A stretch of 53,602 nucleotides of DNA, taken from a virus. Lineage: Duplodnaviria; Caudoviricetes. The stretch is from IMG/VR virus record IMGVR_UViG_3300028384_001121, positions 1 to 53,602 of that record. One strand, 5' to 3'. The notes below the pieces were generated by a model. The model did not search any database, was not told where the DNA came from, and was given only the letters and a program-made list of their open reading frames with translations. Each line of letters opens with the position of its first letter. Positions within the stretch are counted from its first letter, which is position 1. Of the stretch, positions 26,752 to 37,416 are shown one piece after another. Made by a program: the position numbers and the translations under genes.

Positions 26752-27274
26752 CGAAGTCATGGATTTCAATTGTTACGGTACCTCCATCCGCGAGATGGTT
26801 TGCTACAGGCGGGTACACATCAAAATACGCCTGGGTGCTGTTATATAACTCAAACTCTCCGCCGCCTACTCGCTTAGGCCCATAGCCCAGCAGTAAACAA
26901 CCAGAGGTATGCTCATCTGTATTGCCACAGTGAATCAGGATGTACTTAAAGTTTGGTACGTCCTGCAGGTGCAGCATGCCCTTATGAATGTCTTTAAACC
27001 GGTGGGAGTACTTATTGTGATAGCCTCCTTCTGTACGCAGCTTGATCTGGTAAGTACCGCTTGGGATGCGAGTTTCATGCATCACCTTTTCCTCCCGGTA
27101 CTCGTCTTCTAAAGTAAAGCAAAGATACTTTCTTTTGCCTTTGCCTTCGCCAGTACTCATAAAGAGTGTTTTGTTTACAAGGGCTACCAATTCATTGATT
27201 TTCGCAATGCGTTGCGCAACTGTAGCATTTGATTTCAGTTTTGCAACTGGTCGGGGGTCTTGAATCTTTTCCAT
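26726..27274 (-). CDS. DUF5675-family (L,D-transpeptidase-like) putative endolysin
   Basis: CFTLED...RIPSGTY...DVPNFKYILIHCGNTDEHTSGCLLLG. Confidence 0.8.
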   Translation of the reverse strand: MEKIQDPRPVAKLKSNATVAQRIAKINELVALVNKTLFMSTGEGKGKRKYLCFTLEDEYREEKVMHETRIPSGTYQIKLRTEGGYHNKYSHRFKDIHKGMLHLQDVPNFKYILIHCGNTDEHTSGCLLLGYGPKRVGGGEFELYNSTQAYFDVYPPVANHLADGGTVTIEIHDFDEIPEWMG

Positions 27275-27983
27275 TAGTCAACTAAGAAGAATCTGAAACG
27301 TCCGTAAATCCGCGTAGTGGTGGTAAGCGTACCTGTGCGGTTCTCTAGCAAAGGCAAAATGAATCCTCCATTAATTGTACTAGTTGTAGTAAAACTACCG
27401 TGATGCACAACCGTTGAGGTGTTTGGATTTGCTGTTATGTCTGACTCTCTGCCACGCAATGTCATAGTACGCTCGGTACTAGCACTACCTGAAGCACTTA
27501 ATGAGCCACTCCAAATACTGATTCCCCAAGTACTATTTAGTGGCGCACTTTGAATACGGAAGTTATAGTCACACCGAACCTTTTTGTTAGTGGTATGCAC
27601 CGGGAACCCAGCCATCTGCAACTTGTAGTTATCAATCGTTGCAGTTGTCGTATTAATAGTCGCAGAAGAGCTATAGTTGCGCAAGCCTGTTTGAGACAAT
27701 TCTGTAGAGTGCGAGTAAAAGAACTCTCCATACGAAATATTCATCGCTACTGTCTCGCCACTATCAGTACTGCTCCACGTATATAGGCCTCCCATATCAG
27801 CAAGCCATGTTTCACTAGCACCTCCTCCCCCAGATGGAGTAGTCCAACTTAAGGTCTTTGAACCATTAGTTGTGAGCACCTGACCGTTAGTGCCATCAGC
27901 CGCCGGTAAAGTCCAAAGACAGTTTGCCGTTATACTGGAAGGGGCTTTCCACCCTACATATTGAGTACCTGCAACTGGATATT

Positions 27984-28035
27984 CTGCTAAGCGCACTTCA
28001 CCAGCCGTGCTGCTAAGCGCACTTCACCAGCCGTG
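27984..28035. repeat. Perfect tandem duplication, 2 x 26 bp
   Basis: ctgctaagcgcacttcaccagccgtg at 27984-28009 and 28010-28035. Confidence 0.97.
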
Positions 28036-28855
28036 TAGCCTTGATTACTCTTGAAGAGCACAGGCCTGTGAAACGTGAAACTATCTGCAGAGTCATCCCA
28101 TGTAAACAGCCCACTGGTAGTGGTGTCGTAGATGCCAAAGTCGTACCCGCCAACCATGAACTTCCGAGATTGACTGAGAGTCAAATCCGTATTACCAATA
28201 TTGGTATTAGTGTCTGAGATAGTTGTAAACGACAACGTTCCAGAACCATTGGTGCTAAGAACCTGACCATTACTACCATCGGCTGAAGGAAGTGTAAACG
28301 TCGGACTTGAAGTAAGCGAATCAGGAGCTTGCAATCCAACATAGTTTGCACCGTTACCCCCGGCTTCTCTTATAGCAAGAGTTGCTCCAGACGGCCCGCT
28401 ACCAGAACCTATTGTGACAGTTCCGTCATCAGCAATAACAAGCGTTTCTTGATTTTGCGTACTACTGCTCCGGAAGGTCAATTCGTTTCCGTCAAGAGTG
28501 ACTAGGTGATCACTATCTAATGTCAAGTCGGCATTAGAGATATTAGTGTTCGTATCTGATACAGCATTGACCCAGCTAAACGTTCCATCACCATCAGATG
28601 CTAAGAGCTGTCCACTAGTACCGTTACCTGCAACGTTCAACTCAGACGCACCGATAGCGCTAGCATTGATGTGAATTGCATCAAGTGTATTGTGCGCAAT
28701 CTTGGCCCCCGTAATAGCATCGGTGGCTATACGAGCCATATCCAACGTACCGGTCAGTGAACCCGCACTACCGTCAAAAGCGTCTGTAATGCCGTACCCA
28801 CTAATTGTAGTCGGCTTACCAGTCAGGTCACCAAAGGCTCCGGAAAACAATGATG

Positions 28856-29155
28856 TATCGCCCTCTAAGGCAGTTCCTGCAGTTGTGCCAAATCCTGGGA
28901 ATGTGGTCTTCGCTGTGTTTGCAGTAATAGCATTAGCCTGTGCCGTAGTGATCGTAGTGGTATCTCCAGCCAATGCTGTGCTGCTTGTCGTTCCCAGTTG
29001 CAGCAGTGCCGTGTCGCCTTCGAGTGCGGTGCCTGCTGTCGTACCAAAACCTGGAAAGCTTGTCTTTGCCGTATTTGCGGTAATGGCGTTGGCTTGTGCC
29101 GTGGTAATTGTTGTAGTATCGCCTGCAAGCGCTGTAGACGAGGTAGACCCTAATT
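28856..29155 (-). repeat. Two copies of a 52-aa-period fibre shaft repeat
   Basis: LG(S/T)TSSTALAGDTTTITTAQANAITANTAKT(S/T)FPGFGTTAGTALEGDT twice, with diverged synonymous codons. Confidence 0.9.
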
Positions 29156-30284
29156 CCAATGCATCTGTAATGCCGTAGCCCGCTATGGTTGTAGGAGTAC
29201 CTGTAAGACTGCTAAACGCTCCATCAAAAGAAGAAGCCGAGCTAGTAATAGTTACGGTACCTCCTGCACTATACGCTAAGGTGATACCGGTACCCCCAAC
29301 AAGATTTAAGTCACCACCAGAGCTAACAGTCGTTCGCTGTACGCCCCCAGTTTTAAGATTCCAAGATCCGTAGTTGTCGGCGTGCTGCAATACACTGGCA
29401 GAGCTAATACGGGCATTGGCAAACGTACCGCTATCAATAGAACTTGCTGCCAACCCAGTTACCGTAGCATTGTTGAAGCTGACACTATGCGGGCTACCGG
29501 TACTATCAAACGCTAAATTTTTAAGTGTAGTATTACCGCTTACCGATAAGGTACTATTTGCTATTAGAGCCGTTGTTGCCCCAAAGGTTGCAGTTGCTTT
29601 GGCTGCAGAAGATGACCCGCTTATAAGTAAGGAGGTGATAGAAGTCTCGCTCCCACTAGCCCCTGCTTGAACAGCAAACCTATGTTCACCAGGGCTACTC
29701 TCAGTAGAAGAGTAAAAAGTATTACCGGTGCTTCCCGTTTGCAGCTTATTCTCACCCGGCTGTATGCGCAGAAAAGAGCTGGTCAACGCCTTACCGTCAT
29801 CCAAGAAAACACCACGGTCGTCAGCGGTAAACTTCAGAGCTTTAGACAGACTTAAGACGTCCGATTCAATGCCCGTAATATCTGTTTGAATCGTACTAAT
29901 ATCAGACTCAACATCGCTGATATCGTTTGCATTCGTTGTAATACGGGTATCAACCAGAGTTGCTCCAAATAGCGTACTACCATTCAAGGTCGTAACTACA
30001 GCGTCCCGCGTAGAACCCCATGTGTTACCATTAGACCTACGCAACCGGGCGTGATCAATGTCTTTAATAACAACTTGCCCCGTAGCGCTCGTAATCTCAA
30101 TCTCGTTTGATGCAGTACCAGCTCTCGCGGTTAAATGCTCAGAGGTAAGATTAAAGCGTAATACAGGCCGGTCTACTACAACGTCAATGCTACTGTCAGT
30201 AGTCGGCAGAATCTTACGTCCTGGCCCTACTTCAATGACAATGTCATTAGCTGCCTTGTAAAGTTTAATGTTCTGCGGCATAGC

Positions 30285-31793
30285 TTATACTGGATGAATG
30301 TAATCGTAAGCTTCCTCGTCAACATACGCGTGTAACTGTGCAATACTCAATTCAGTCAGCCCCGTATAGCTATAGCACCCAAAACGCAATTCAACATCCG
30401 CAATCTGGCCTAAAGTCGTATTGGTTGGAGAAATAAAATTTCCCGTAGTGCTAGTAAGTGTCCAAGTATTATCCTGCATAATACCACTTTCAGTAACACC
30501 TGAATCAGTAGCCTCATAGTCTAAAGCGCTAAACTGCGGGTTGTTAGAAGAATAGAACCAGCTTACCTGGATACTACTACCAGGTGTACTATTAAAGTCG
30601 TTGCCATACCAGAAGAACGAATTATTCGCTGCCCCGATCGGATTCATGTAATAAACCTGCTCATACTTCTGATCTCCAGTCATCGTAATGCGTACGCGTA
30701 AGAAGACAAAAACAAAATCTGCTACCGGTCCCGATACTTTAGCAGTAAGCACCGCCCTTAGCCTTTTGCCCGCAAACCACTCATTCGCTGTATTTCCAGT
30801 AGCCTTGCCTTCTAACTCGAAGTAGTTAGCAGCGCCTAAAGGGGAGTTAAAGGAAGTCCACCCGTAAACGGCATTATTTACAGAGTAATCTGCAGGCATA
30901 TCAAAGGTGTCGATATCTCCCCACTGATATGCATCGCCGCTGCCGCTATTAGATAAAGAGTCGCTGGGCGTAATAGTGAAACTATCCCCATCTCCAGTCA
31001 AAGCCCGAAACTTCGATACGTAGTTCAGCGTTTCATTACCTCCGCCAAAGCTTCCCATAAGGATTAGCAAGTCGGATATAGAAACAACTCCGTCTCCGTT
31101 CAAGTCCCCAACCGCCCCACTACCCCCTGCGTCAGTAGTAGACACAATACCACCGCCAACTAGCTCCGTGCCGATCTCTGCCGCAATTGCAGCAATCAAG
31201 CCATCAATCCCAAACTTACGTGTGCGTTTCCGTGCAACATCATAACCCGCAAGCCAAAGGCCTTCATTATTTTCTATGATAGATGAAAGCGATACGTTAT
31301 CGGGTGCTCCTTCGTTAGGCAGAGTAGAGTAGCGATTGAACTGCTGTACCAGCTCAGAGGTAATAGCAGTACTCGAGCGAGCTTGAGATATGACTGGTAG
31401 CGCTCCACTCGTGATACTTTGCATCAGGTACAGCCCGGCATACTCGTCTCCTGCAGAAGGAATACTATCTGAGTCATTGCGAAGTAGCCCATCCCGCGCC
31501 GTAAACAATCCGCCATTTTCAGAAAGAAAGGCATTGTCATCATCTGCTGTCACTAAGTTCCCCCCGGTAGCCGCCGCATAACCCGAGATGATATTGATAT
31601 AGTCTGTAGACGAAACGCCGTTTGCAGTAAAATTTGACTTTACATTGGACGCCCCATTGTAGGTCACCTCAACAGACTGAGCCGCATTGCCCGCATGCCC
31701 ATTAAAGAGACCCACGATATGCTTACCGTGAGTCTCTAAAACGGGATACGAGGTATTGATGTTTTCAATTACATCAGCCAGCTTTATTGCCAT
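30285..31793 (-). CDS. Tail fibre/spike-associated protein with a dockerin-like EF-hand
   Basis: N-terminus resembles 34260..36401. Internal GDLNGDGVVSISDLLILMGSFG. Confidence 0.6.
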   Translation of the reverse strand: MAIKLADVIENINTSYPVLETHGKHIVGLFNGHAGNAAQSVEVTYNGASNVKSNFTANGVSSTDYINIISGYAAATGGNLVTADDDNAFLSENGGLFTARDGLLRNDSDSIPSAGDEYAGLYLMQSITSGALPVISQARSSTAITSELVQQFNRYSTLPNEGAPDNVSLSSIIENNEGLWLAGYDVARKRTRKFGIDGLIAAIAAEIGTELVGGGIVSTTDAGGSGAVGDLNGDGVVSISDLLILMGSFGGGNETLNYVSKFRALTGDGDSFTITPSDSLSNSGSGDAYQWGDIDTFDMPADYSVNNAVYGWTSFNSPLGAANYFELEGKATGNTANEWFAGKRLRAVLTAKVSGPVADFVFVFLRVRITMTGDQKYEQVYYMNPIGAANNSFFWYGNDFNSTPGSSIQVSWFYSSNNPQFSALDYEATDSGVTESGIMQDNTWTLTSTTGNFISPTNTTLGQIADVELRFGCYSYTGLTELSIAQLHAYVDEEAYDYIHPV

Positions 31794-32157
31794 CTTCCTT
31801 GACGATTAGATAGTCCATTGCCGACATAAGGACCTGCGGCTGAATTGACAGATTGCCATCGTCAATCAGTGTGACCTTTTTCAAGCGGACTTTCTGATCC
31901 TCATTCAGGAGCGTTTCTACGTTTTCGCGAAACTCGGCAGCTAACTCGTCGCTTACTTCCGGGTTACCCTCAGCATCAAGAGTCGCTTGTTCACGCAACT
32001 TGTCGACGTATTGCTGTCGTGTGGTTTCAAAAGTCTCTACAATCGGCTGGAGCTTGTTGATATTCTGAGCAATCATCCAACTGCTTTTCAGCGGTAAGTT
32101 CTGGTTGCTCAAGTTTTGAAAGGCCTGGTAGACCCCAATGCAATTTTTCAGTAACAT
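31774..32157 (-). CDS. DUF1617-like tail-fibre-associated helical protein
   Basis: L.NQNLPLKSSWMIAQNINKL....E.FE..R pattern, located among fibre genes. Confidence 0.55.
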   Translation of the reverse strand: MLLKNCIGVYQAFQNLSNQNLPLKSSWMIAQNINKLQPIVETFETTRQQYVDKLREQATLDAEGNPEVSDELAAEFRENVETLLNEDQKVRLKKVTLIDDGNLSIQPQVLMSAMDYLIVKEDGNKAG

Positions 32158-32180
32158 GCTATAGATTTTTGGTACTAAGA

Positions 32181-32188
32181 CAAATATA
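32181..32188 (-). promoter_or_regulatory. Bacteroidota-type -7 promoter element
   Basis: TATATTTG (TAnnTTTG) in the intergenic gap, 23 nt upstream of the ATG at 32157. Confidence 0.55.
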
Positions 32189-32192
32189 TGCT

Positions 32193-34247
32193 TTATCCGA
32201 TAACAATGATATCGTACTTCTCGTTCTCTTTGGTGATGCCTACACTGACCTCAACGATATCGCTTGTAAGTACCTTGAACTTGCAGAAAATAGGCTGCGG
32301 TTCACCGATTTGTGTGGCAGCACCGCCACTTCCATCAGCACCTGCTTGATGCGTCTTAAGAGCAAAGACAAAAACGCTAGACGTACCCAAGTCATGTTGA
32401 ATAGGATATCCGTTAGACGCTGCAGCTACCGGAGCATAGTTTGTACCATCATCACTAGAATCCGTAGTAATGTCGATAGTACACTTAGAGACTGCGCCAA
32501 GTGAACGCACATTAGAGTTATTAGAACGCGCTGTATTAGCCGTGCCGTACAAATCAGCTAAATCGTTTGTACCAGCAGCTTCTGCTCCTAAACTCGTCGT
32601 AGTAACGTCAAACTTCAACGCGGCTACGTTATCTGCACCGCTAATCATATCCGCATCGCTGAAGGTGCCTCCATCAGCCTCACGGGTGAACTTAAACTTG
32701 TCTGCGCTATTATCGAATGCCATCTGAGCAAAAGCGCTCAATGCTGATGCACTCGCTGCGGCAGTACCAAAACGCAATCCAGAGTCGCTAGTAATATCTG
32801 CTGTAATCGTATCAGGAACGTTCAGCTCTAAGAAGGTGTCCTCGAAGATTACATTAGTACCAGTCTCTTGAATAAACGATCCAGTAACCGTTAAGTCACC
32901 TGAGATAGTTGTAGCACCTGCCGCAAACGTACCGCTAGTACTTAAGTTTTCGTTGCCAAAGCTGATTGAACCGCTACTGTCCGTAATGCTGCCGTCCGCC
33001 AATGTCAAAGTGCCAATGGTAGATCCTGTGGCAGTCGAGATTGTGCTACTGAATGAACCGGTGCCAGTAACAGTCAAGTTGCCAGATGCAAGCGTTCCCG
33101 TCGTGGTCAAGTTCTCGTTACCGAAGCTAATCGAACCACTGCTATCCGTGATGCTACCGTCTGCCAGCGTCAAGGTGCCAATTGTCGAACCAGTGCCAAG
33201 TGTAGCAACACCTGCACTTAAAGTACCGGTTGTAGAGAGATTCTCATCACCAAAGCTAATCGAACCACTGCTATCAGTAATACTACCGTCTTCTAAGGTC
33301 AGATTACCAAACACTGACCCCGAAGCACCAGTGATTGTGCCGGTAGTGGAAAGATTGTCATCTCCAAAAGAGATAGACCCACTCGTATCGGTAATGCTAC
33401 CATCAGCCAGAATCAAAGTACCCACATACAATGCCTCATCACTTGGATTCCAGTACAGATCTCCATTGTTCATAAAGAGGTCTGCGGTAGTATCCGTAGC
33501 TGTAGAGTCAGTGAAAACGAGGTTATAGTTGGTATCTGCACTAGCATCTTCAGTTACCGTTACCTCCGCAGCGGCGTCTGTTCCAACACCGGTGGCACCA
33601 ATGTACTGACGGCCAGTAATGTATACTACATCATTATTGGCAATAACAGACCCAGAGTTTACAAAGTTGACTGAGTCATCATAATCACCATTATTTCCAC
33701 TGTCAGCACCTTCTTCATTAGTCCAGTACAGCACCCCAGCTTCATAGTCGAAGAACCAGTCGGCAGCAGGGTTATCTCCAAAGACTACCTCAGTAATACT
33801 GCTAGTAGACTTTCCTGCTTCAGTGCCGTCCCACCCAGAATTACCGACATAAACACGCACCGCATAGTCACTGCCAAACGCAGGGCCAATCCAGTTGTCT
33901 TTACCAGTGTCCCAAGCACGCTTAAAGGTAATCCCCGGCATATTTGCAGAAGTCGCTACTGCGGTTGCTGCAACTGGACCCTGAACATTACCTGCAGTAT
34001 CAAAGTCAGTATCAGTCCCGTCAATATCGTAGACTCCAACATATGAGGTACTGCCTGAATCGGGGGTACTTGGAATATTAGAACCCGTAGCCTCTTTCCA
34101 GATATGCTCCGGCTTGATAGCTTTAAACGAGGTGATTGGCTCACCATTAGGACCAGTGGATTCACTAGTTCCCGTTTTCGATACACCGTAGGCTACTTTC
34201 TTAAGTAGGAGGTCAATTTTTTCCTCGCCGGTAAAATTAATTGCCAT
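32193..34247 (-). CDS. Tail fibre protein with four internal repeats
   Basis: L(T/I)L(A/E)DGSITD(S/T)SGSISFGx(D/E)NL repeated four times (about 32930-33420), WFFDYEAGVL motif, and a C-terminal H.LG motif. Confidence 0.7.
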   Translation of the reverse strand: MAINFTGEEKIDLLLKKVAYGVSKTGTSESTGPNGEPITSFKAIKPEHIWKEATGSNIPSTPDSGSTSYVGVYDIDGTDTDFDTAGNVQGPVAATAVATSANMPGITFKRAWDTGKDNWIGPAFGSDYAVRVYVGNSGWDGTEAGKSTSSITEVVFGDNPAADWFFDYEAGVLYWTNEEGADSGNNGDYDDSVNFVNSGSVIANNDVVYITGRQYIGATGVGTDAAAEVTVTEDASADTNYNLVFTDSTATDTTADLFMNNGDLYWNPSDEALYVGTLILADGSITDTSGSISFGDDNLSTTGTITGASGSVFGNLTLEDGSITDSSGSISFGDENLSTTGTLSAGVATLGTGSTIGTLTLADGSITDSSGSISFGNENLTTTGTLASGNLTVTGTGSFSSTISTATGSTIGTLTLADGSITDSSGSISFGNENLSTSGTFAAGATTISGDLTVTGSFIQETGTNVIFEDTFLELNVPDTITADITSDSGLRFGTAAASASALSAFAQMAFDNSADKFKFTREADGGTFSDADMISGADNVAALKFDVTTTSLGAEAAGTNDLADLYGTANTARSNNSNVRSLGAVSKCTIDITTDSSDDGTNYAPVAAASNGYPIQHDLGTSSVFVFALKTHQAGADGSGGAATQIGEPQPIFCKFKVLTSDIVEVSVGITKENEKYDIIVIG

Positions 34248-34259
34248 AGTCAGTAAAAA

Positions 34260-36401
34260 TTATGAGGTAAAGGGTTCGTCACTTAAACCGAGCTGTTGCA
34301 CGTAGCTGCCACTGACGAGTTTAATTCGAATGTATACATGCCCATCGTTGCCATTAGCCCAACGTTGGTTACCTGCATCAAGCTTGATGTTTTGAAAGCC
34401 CGTATCAGTTTTTGAAAGAGCACCGCCTGCCGCACAACCCACTGTTGGCACACCGTTCGAAGTACCTGAACTTGGAGCGGTAGCTTTAAGCCAACCACTA
34501 GAACCGGTATTTTCGTCTACCAGAGAGGGGCTATCGCCAGAGTCAAAGATTTTTACGTACAGCTCTCCGCTAGATTGCAGGCTACCCCGGAACTTGAGGT
34601 AAATAAACTGCAAGCCTGCCTGCGTAATTGGGAACTTAAACGTAGCGTACTGAGCATCGCTGTTGCGGCCTGACAAATCAATGTCATTGTACTTAGCCTG
34701 CGTAACATCTGCAGCTAAGTTGAAGCCGCTAGTAAAGTCATTGCTAGCCCACAACAAGCGCATAGTGCTTGCACTAGTGCCACGGATAATAGCATCCTGA
34801 GGATCTAAGTCAACAGCGGTAGAAGCAGCGTTACAGAATTCTGGAGACCACGCACTAAAGGCACTGCTCGCATCAGATGGGGTATCCACATAAGTACCTC
34901 CAGCATCTGGGTCAGCTACACGTACGCCATCACTTGCAGCATTGCCATCCAAGTCGTTGAACAAGTCATCCTCAGACAGGAAACATTCACTTCTACTCTG
35001 CAAAGGCATAGCAGCAAACAACCAGGGGTTTGAGCTAGACGTTGTACAGTGAGTAGTAGACGAATTGCCATGAATACTACGAACTTGAATATCAGGACCG
35101 TTATCGCCTGAATTCATAGTGTACGAACCATGAATTTGTGACCTAGTAGTAACCCCTGTAATTTCGTAGCCAGTCACACTCAGGTTCTGCTTGAGTGAGC
35201 TGTTGTCACTAATACCAGAAATATCCGAATAATTCTGATCTGAAGCGGCGTTAACGACATTTCCAATACCGGAATCTAGCCACTTATTATCGTTCTGATT
35301 TGACGATACTCCATACACCAACGCATTAGCAGGAACGATATTCGAAGCGTCAAAACTAATCTTCCACGTAGGATTGGTAAAGTGAGGGATACCACTCAAG
35401 TGCTTAACAGTACCATTCGCCGTCTTAATCAATGTTTCATTAGACGTAGTAGCATTGGCACCGTTTGCTTCACGGTAGATGGTCTTAGTCACAGGGTTAC
35501 TACCATCAGTAACAGACAAAATATGATAGCCATCTGTAATCGTTGCAGCCTGAGACACTGTGATACCATTCACCCCAGTATAGAAACCTGCACTGTCGCC
35601 CGTAGCCGGGAAGTTACCCGTTGTGACGGAAATGCTTAAGTTCCCACCATAATCGTTGTCAGCGGCATTTAGCGTCGCGCCACCAGAAGTAGCACTTGCC
35701 ATTTGAACAGACTCATCACTGATTCCAACTGTAAGCTGAGTCTGCGCTAAGTCATTCAAATCCCAGTCAGCATCACCCACCGATGTCCAGCTTTGAGTAA
35801 AGTTTGTGCCTTGAAACCAGCTAACTACGGTACCGCCAGTTGTTGTCAAACCTGAATTACCGTTAGTCAAATGGCTAACCGCAGTAGATCCATCTGACTG
35901 AAATTCAACTAAACGTGCGTTGAACGTGCTAACGTCATCCCATGAAAGGCTGGAATACACAGATGACCAAGACGCTGGAGCGCTTGGTACCAACGACCCT
36001 AAGGTTTCATTAAGTTGGTCAATCGCGTCCGTAATAGTCGTCGATGTAGTGAAATCCGTAATCGCCGGGGAGTTGTCCTGCAGAGTACCGTCATTAAAGG
36101 TTGAATCAGAACCTAGCGTGTTATCCGCCAATCCTGAAGTCTGCACCCAGCCGTCACCGTCTGCGTCGTTCCATTGATTTGTACCATTTGCAGTATCTGC
36201 ATCAACATAAACGTATACGTGCCCAGTATCTTTTGCAACCGCAATAGTTCCAGTCGCACGTTTAGTCGTAGGAATATTACCGAGGTTTACATCTGTAAAG
36301 GAATCGAGATACACTACTCCTTTAATGTTGTTTCCGGTACCGTCGACTACCGGGTAGTCAGAGTTTTGGTTCTCTAACGTATCACCAAATTTGATTGCCA
36401 T
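34260..36401 (-). CDS. Tail fibre/spike-like structural protein
   Basis: 713 aa, S/T/G/D/N-rich, with a TITDAIDQLNE.L trimer-coil motif. Located in the fibre cluster. Confidence 0.6.
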   Translation of the reverse strand: MAIKFGDTLENQNSDYPVVDGTGNNIKGVVYLDSFTDVNLGNIPTTKRATGTIAVAKDTGHVYVYVDADTANGTNQWNDADGDGWVQTSGLADNTLGSDSTFNDGTLQDNSPAITDFTTSTTITDAIDQLNETLGSLVPSAPASWSSVYSSLSWDDVSTFNARLVEFQSDGSTAVSHLTNGNSGLTTTGGTVVSWFQGTNFTQSWTSVGDADWDLNDLAQTQLTVGISDESVQMASATSGGATLNAADNDYGGNLSISVTTGNFPATGDSAGFYTGVNGITVSQAATITDGYHILSVTDGSNPVTKTIYREANGANATTSNETLIKTANGTVKHLSGIPHFTNPTWKISFDASNIVPANALVYGVSSNQNDNKWLDSGIGNVVNAASDQNYSDISGISDNSSLKQNLSVTGYEITGVTTRSQIHGSYTMNSGDNGPDIQVRSIHGNSSTTHCTTSSSNPWLFAAMPLQSRSECFLSEDDLFNDLDGNAASDGVRVADPDAGGTYVDTPSDASSAFSAWSPEFCNAASTAVDLDPQDAIIRGTSASTMRLLWASNDFTSGFNLAADVTQAKYNDIDLSGRNSDAQYATFKFPITQAGLQFIYLKFRGSLQSSGELYVKIFDSGDSPSLVDENTGSSGWLKATAPSSGTSNGVPTVGCAAGGALSKTDTGFQNIKLDAGNQRWANGNDGHVYIRIKLVSGSYVQQLGLSDEPFTS

Positions 36402-36402
36402 A

Positions 36403-37416
36403 TTAGTGCGTAATTGTAAGTTTCAACGTAACGTCAGTATCAAACGCTCCTGTTTGAATACTGCGGTATACTTTGTACGTGGGGGTTGCTGTACCGACTG
36501 TATGGCTCCAGTAGTTGCCACTGTTGTCGTCTAAAGTGAAGCTATCTGTGTAATCAATCACACTCGCTCCTCCTATCTCTGCATATACAGCTCCTAACGT
36601 AGCATCACTAGGAATAATAATCCAAGTGTAGTTTGTCGAAAGGGCTGTTTTCGCATTGCAAGATACAGAAATTTCTTGCGAACTGCCATTGGGGTCTAGA
36701 GATAATGTACTAAACACCGTAGAACCACCTGTCATCCAGGTATTAAATACAATATTGTTCAGCGGTGTAGCTCCTGCTCGCAGATACATACGATGACGAT
36801 GAGCGATTTTAGTAGACCTCGAAGTAGTAACCGCCGACCCCTGTCCGTTATTATTTAGGTACGTTCCGGTAGCAGTCACCGTTTTATTTGTAGGTGACGT
36901 TTCGATATCAATTGAGTACGTAGACGCAATTGAAACCGGGCTAGTCAAAGTAGTGGGGTCAATACTTGCCTGAGTAGCGATGTCCTCATTGTCAGTCGTG
37001 TTTCGCACAATCAAAGAAGACCCCGAGTTAAGGTTTTCCGGATTGGTAAGAGTCAACCCTACTGAGCTAACACTCGCAGCTTTACCGCACTCGACAAGCA
37101 GTACTTCGCCATCAGCCTGATGTGTACCCGTAGCGGACCAGCTAATATTTGAAACAGTAGGCTCTAAGAACGGAGCAATAAGATCTCGCACGATTGCCTC
37201 AAGAGTGGTACCGGCATTATACGTGCCCCCACGAATCGCGTCACCAATTGTATTGGTAATGTCCATAGAACTGGCGATTGTAGCATTACCGATAGCTCGA
37301 GTAACGGCTGCCACGGAAACCGTATTGGTCTGCTCTGTAATTTCTACAGTAACAGGCGCAGTAGAGACTTCTACTACATTTTTCGCTGGCTCTGTTATTT
37401 CAACCTTGTTTGGCAT
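36403..37416 (-). CDS. Putative tail structural protein
   Basis: 337 aa, Thr/Ser-rich and beta-rich. TAATG coupled to the upstream adaptor gene. Confidence 0.5.
   Translation of the reverse strand: MPNKVEITEPAKNVVEVSTAPVTVEITEQTNTVSVAAVTRAIGNATIASSMDITNTIGDAIRGGTYNAGTTLEAIVRDLIAPFLEPTVSNISWSATGTHQADGEVLLVECGKAASVSSVGLTLTNPENLNSGSSLIVRNTTDNEDIATQASIDPTTLTSPVSIASTYSIDIETSPTNKTVTATGTYLNNNGQGSAVTTSRSTKIAHRHRMYLRAGATPLNNIVFNTWMTGGSTVFSTLSLDPNGSSQEISVSCNAKTALSTNYTWIIIPSDATLGAVYAEIGGASVIDYTDSFTLDDNSGNYWSHTVGTATPTYKVYRSIQTGAFDTDVTLKLTITH

Larger units (their letters stand above)
27274..30281 (-). pseudogene. Tail fibre gene split into 764-aa and 240-aa ORFs by a 26-bp duplication (993 aa if one copy is removed)
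   Basis: 3008 nt minus 26 nt is 2982 nt, which restores the frame (...YTAGEVRLAEYPVAGTQYVG...). Fibre motifs KPTTISGYGITDA and LP.ADG.NGQVL.TNGS are present. Confidence 0.8.

Noticed and set aside
27984-28035. CRISPR mini-array or target-site duplication
   Set aside because: The two copies abut directly, with no spacer and no inserted element between them.
28856-33420. DGR template/variable repeats among the fibre repeats
   Set aside because: Differences between copies are mainly synonymous rather than adenine-specific, and no reverse transcriptase is present in the window.
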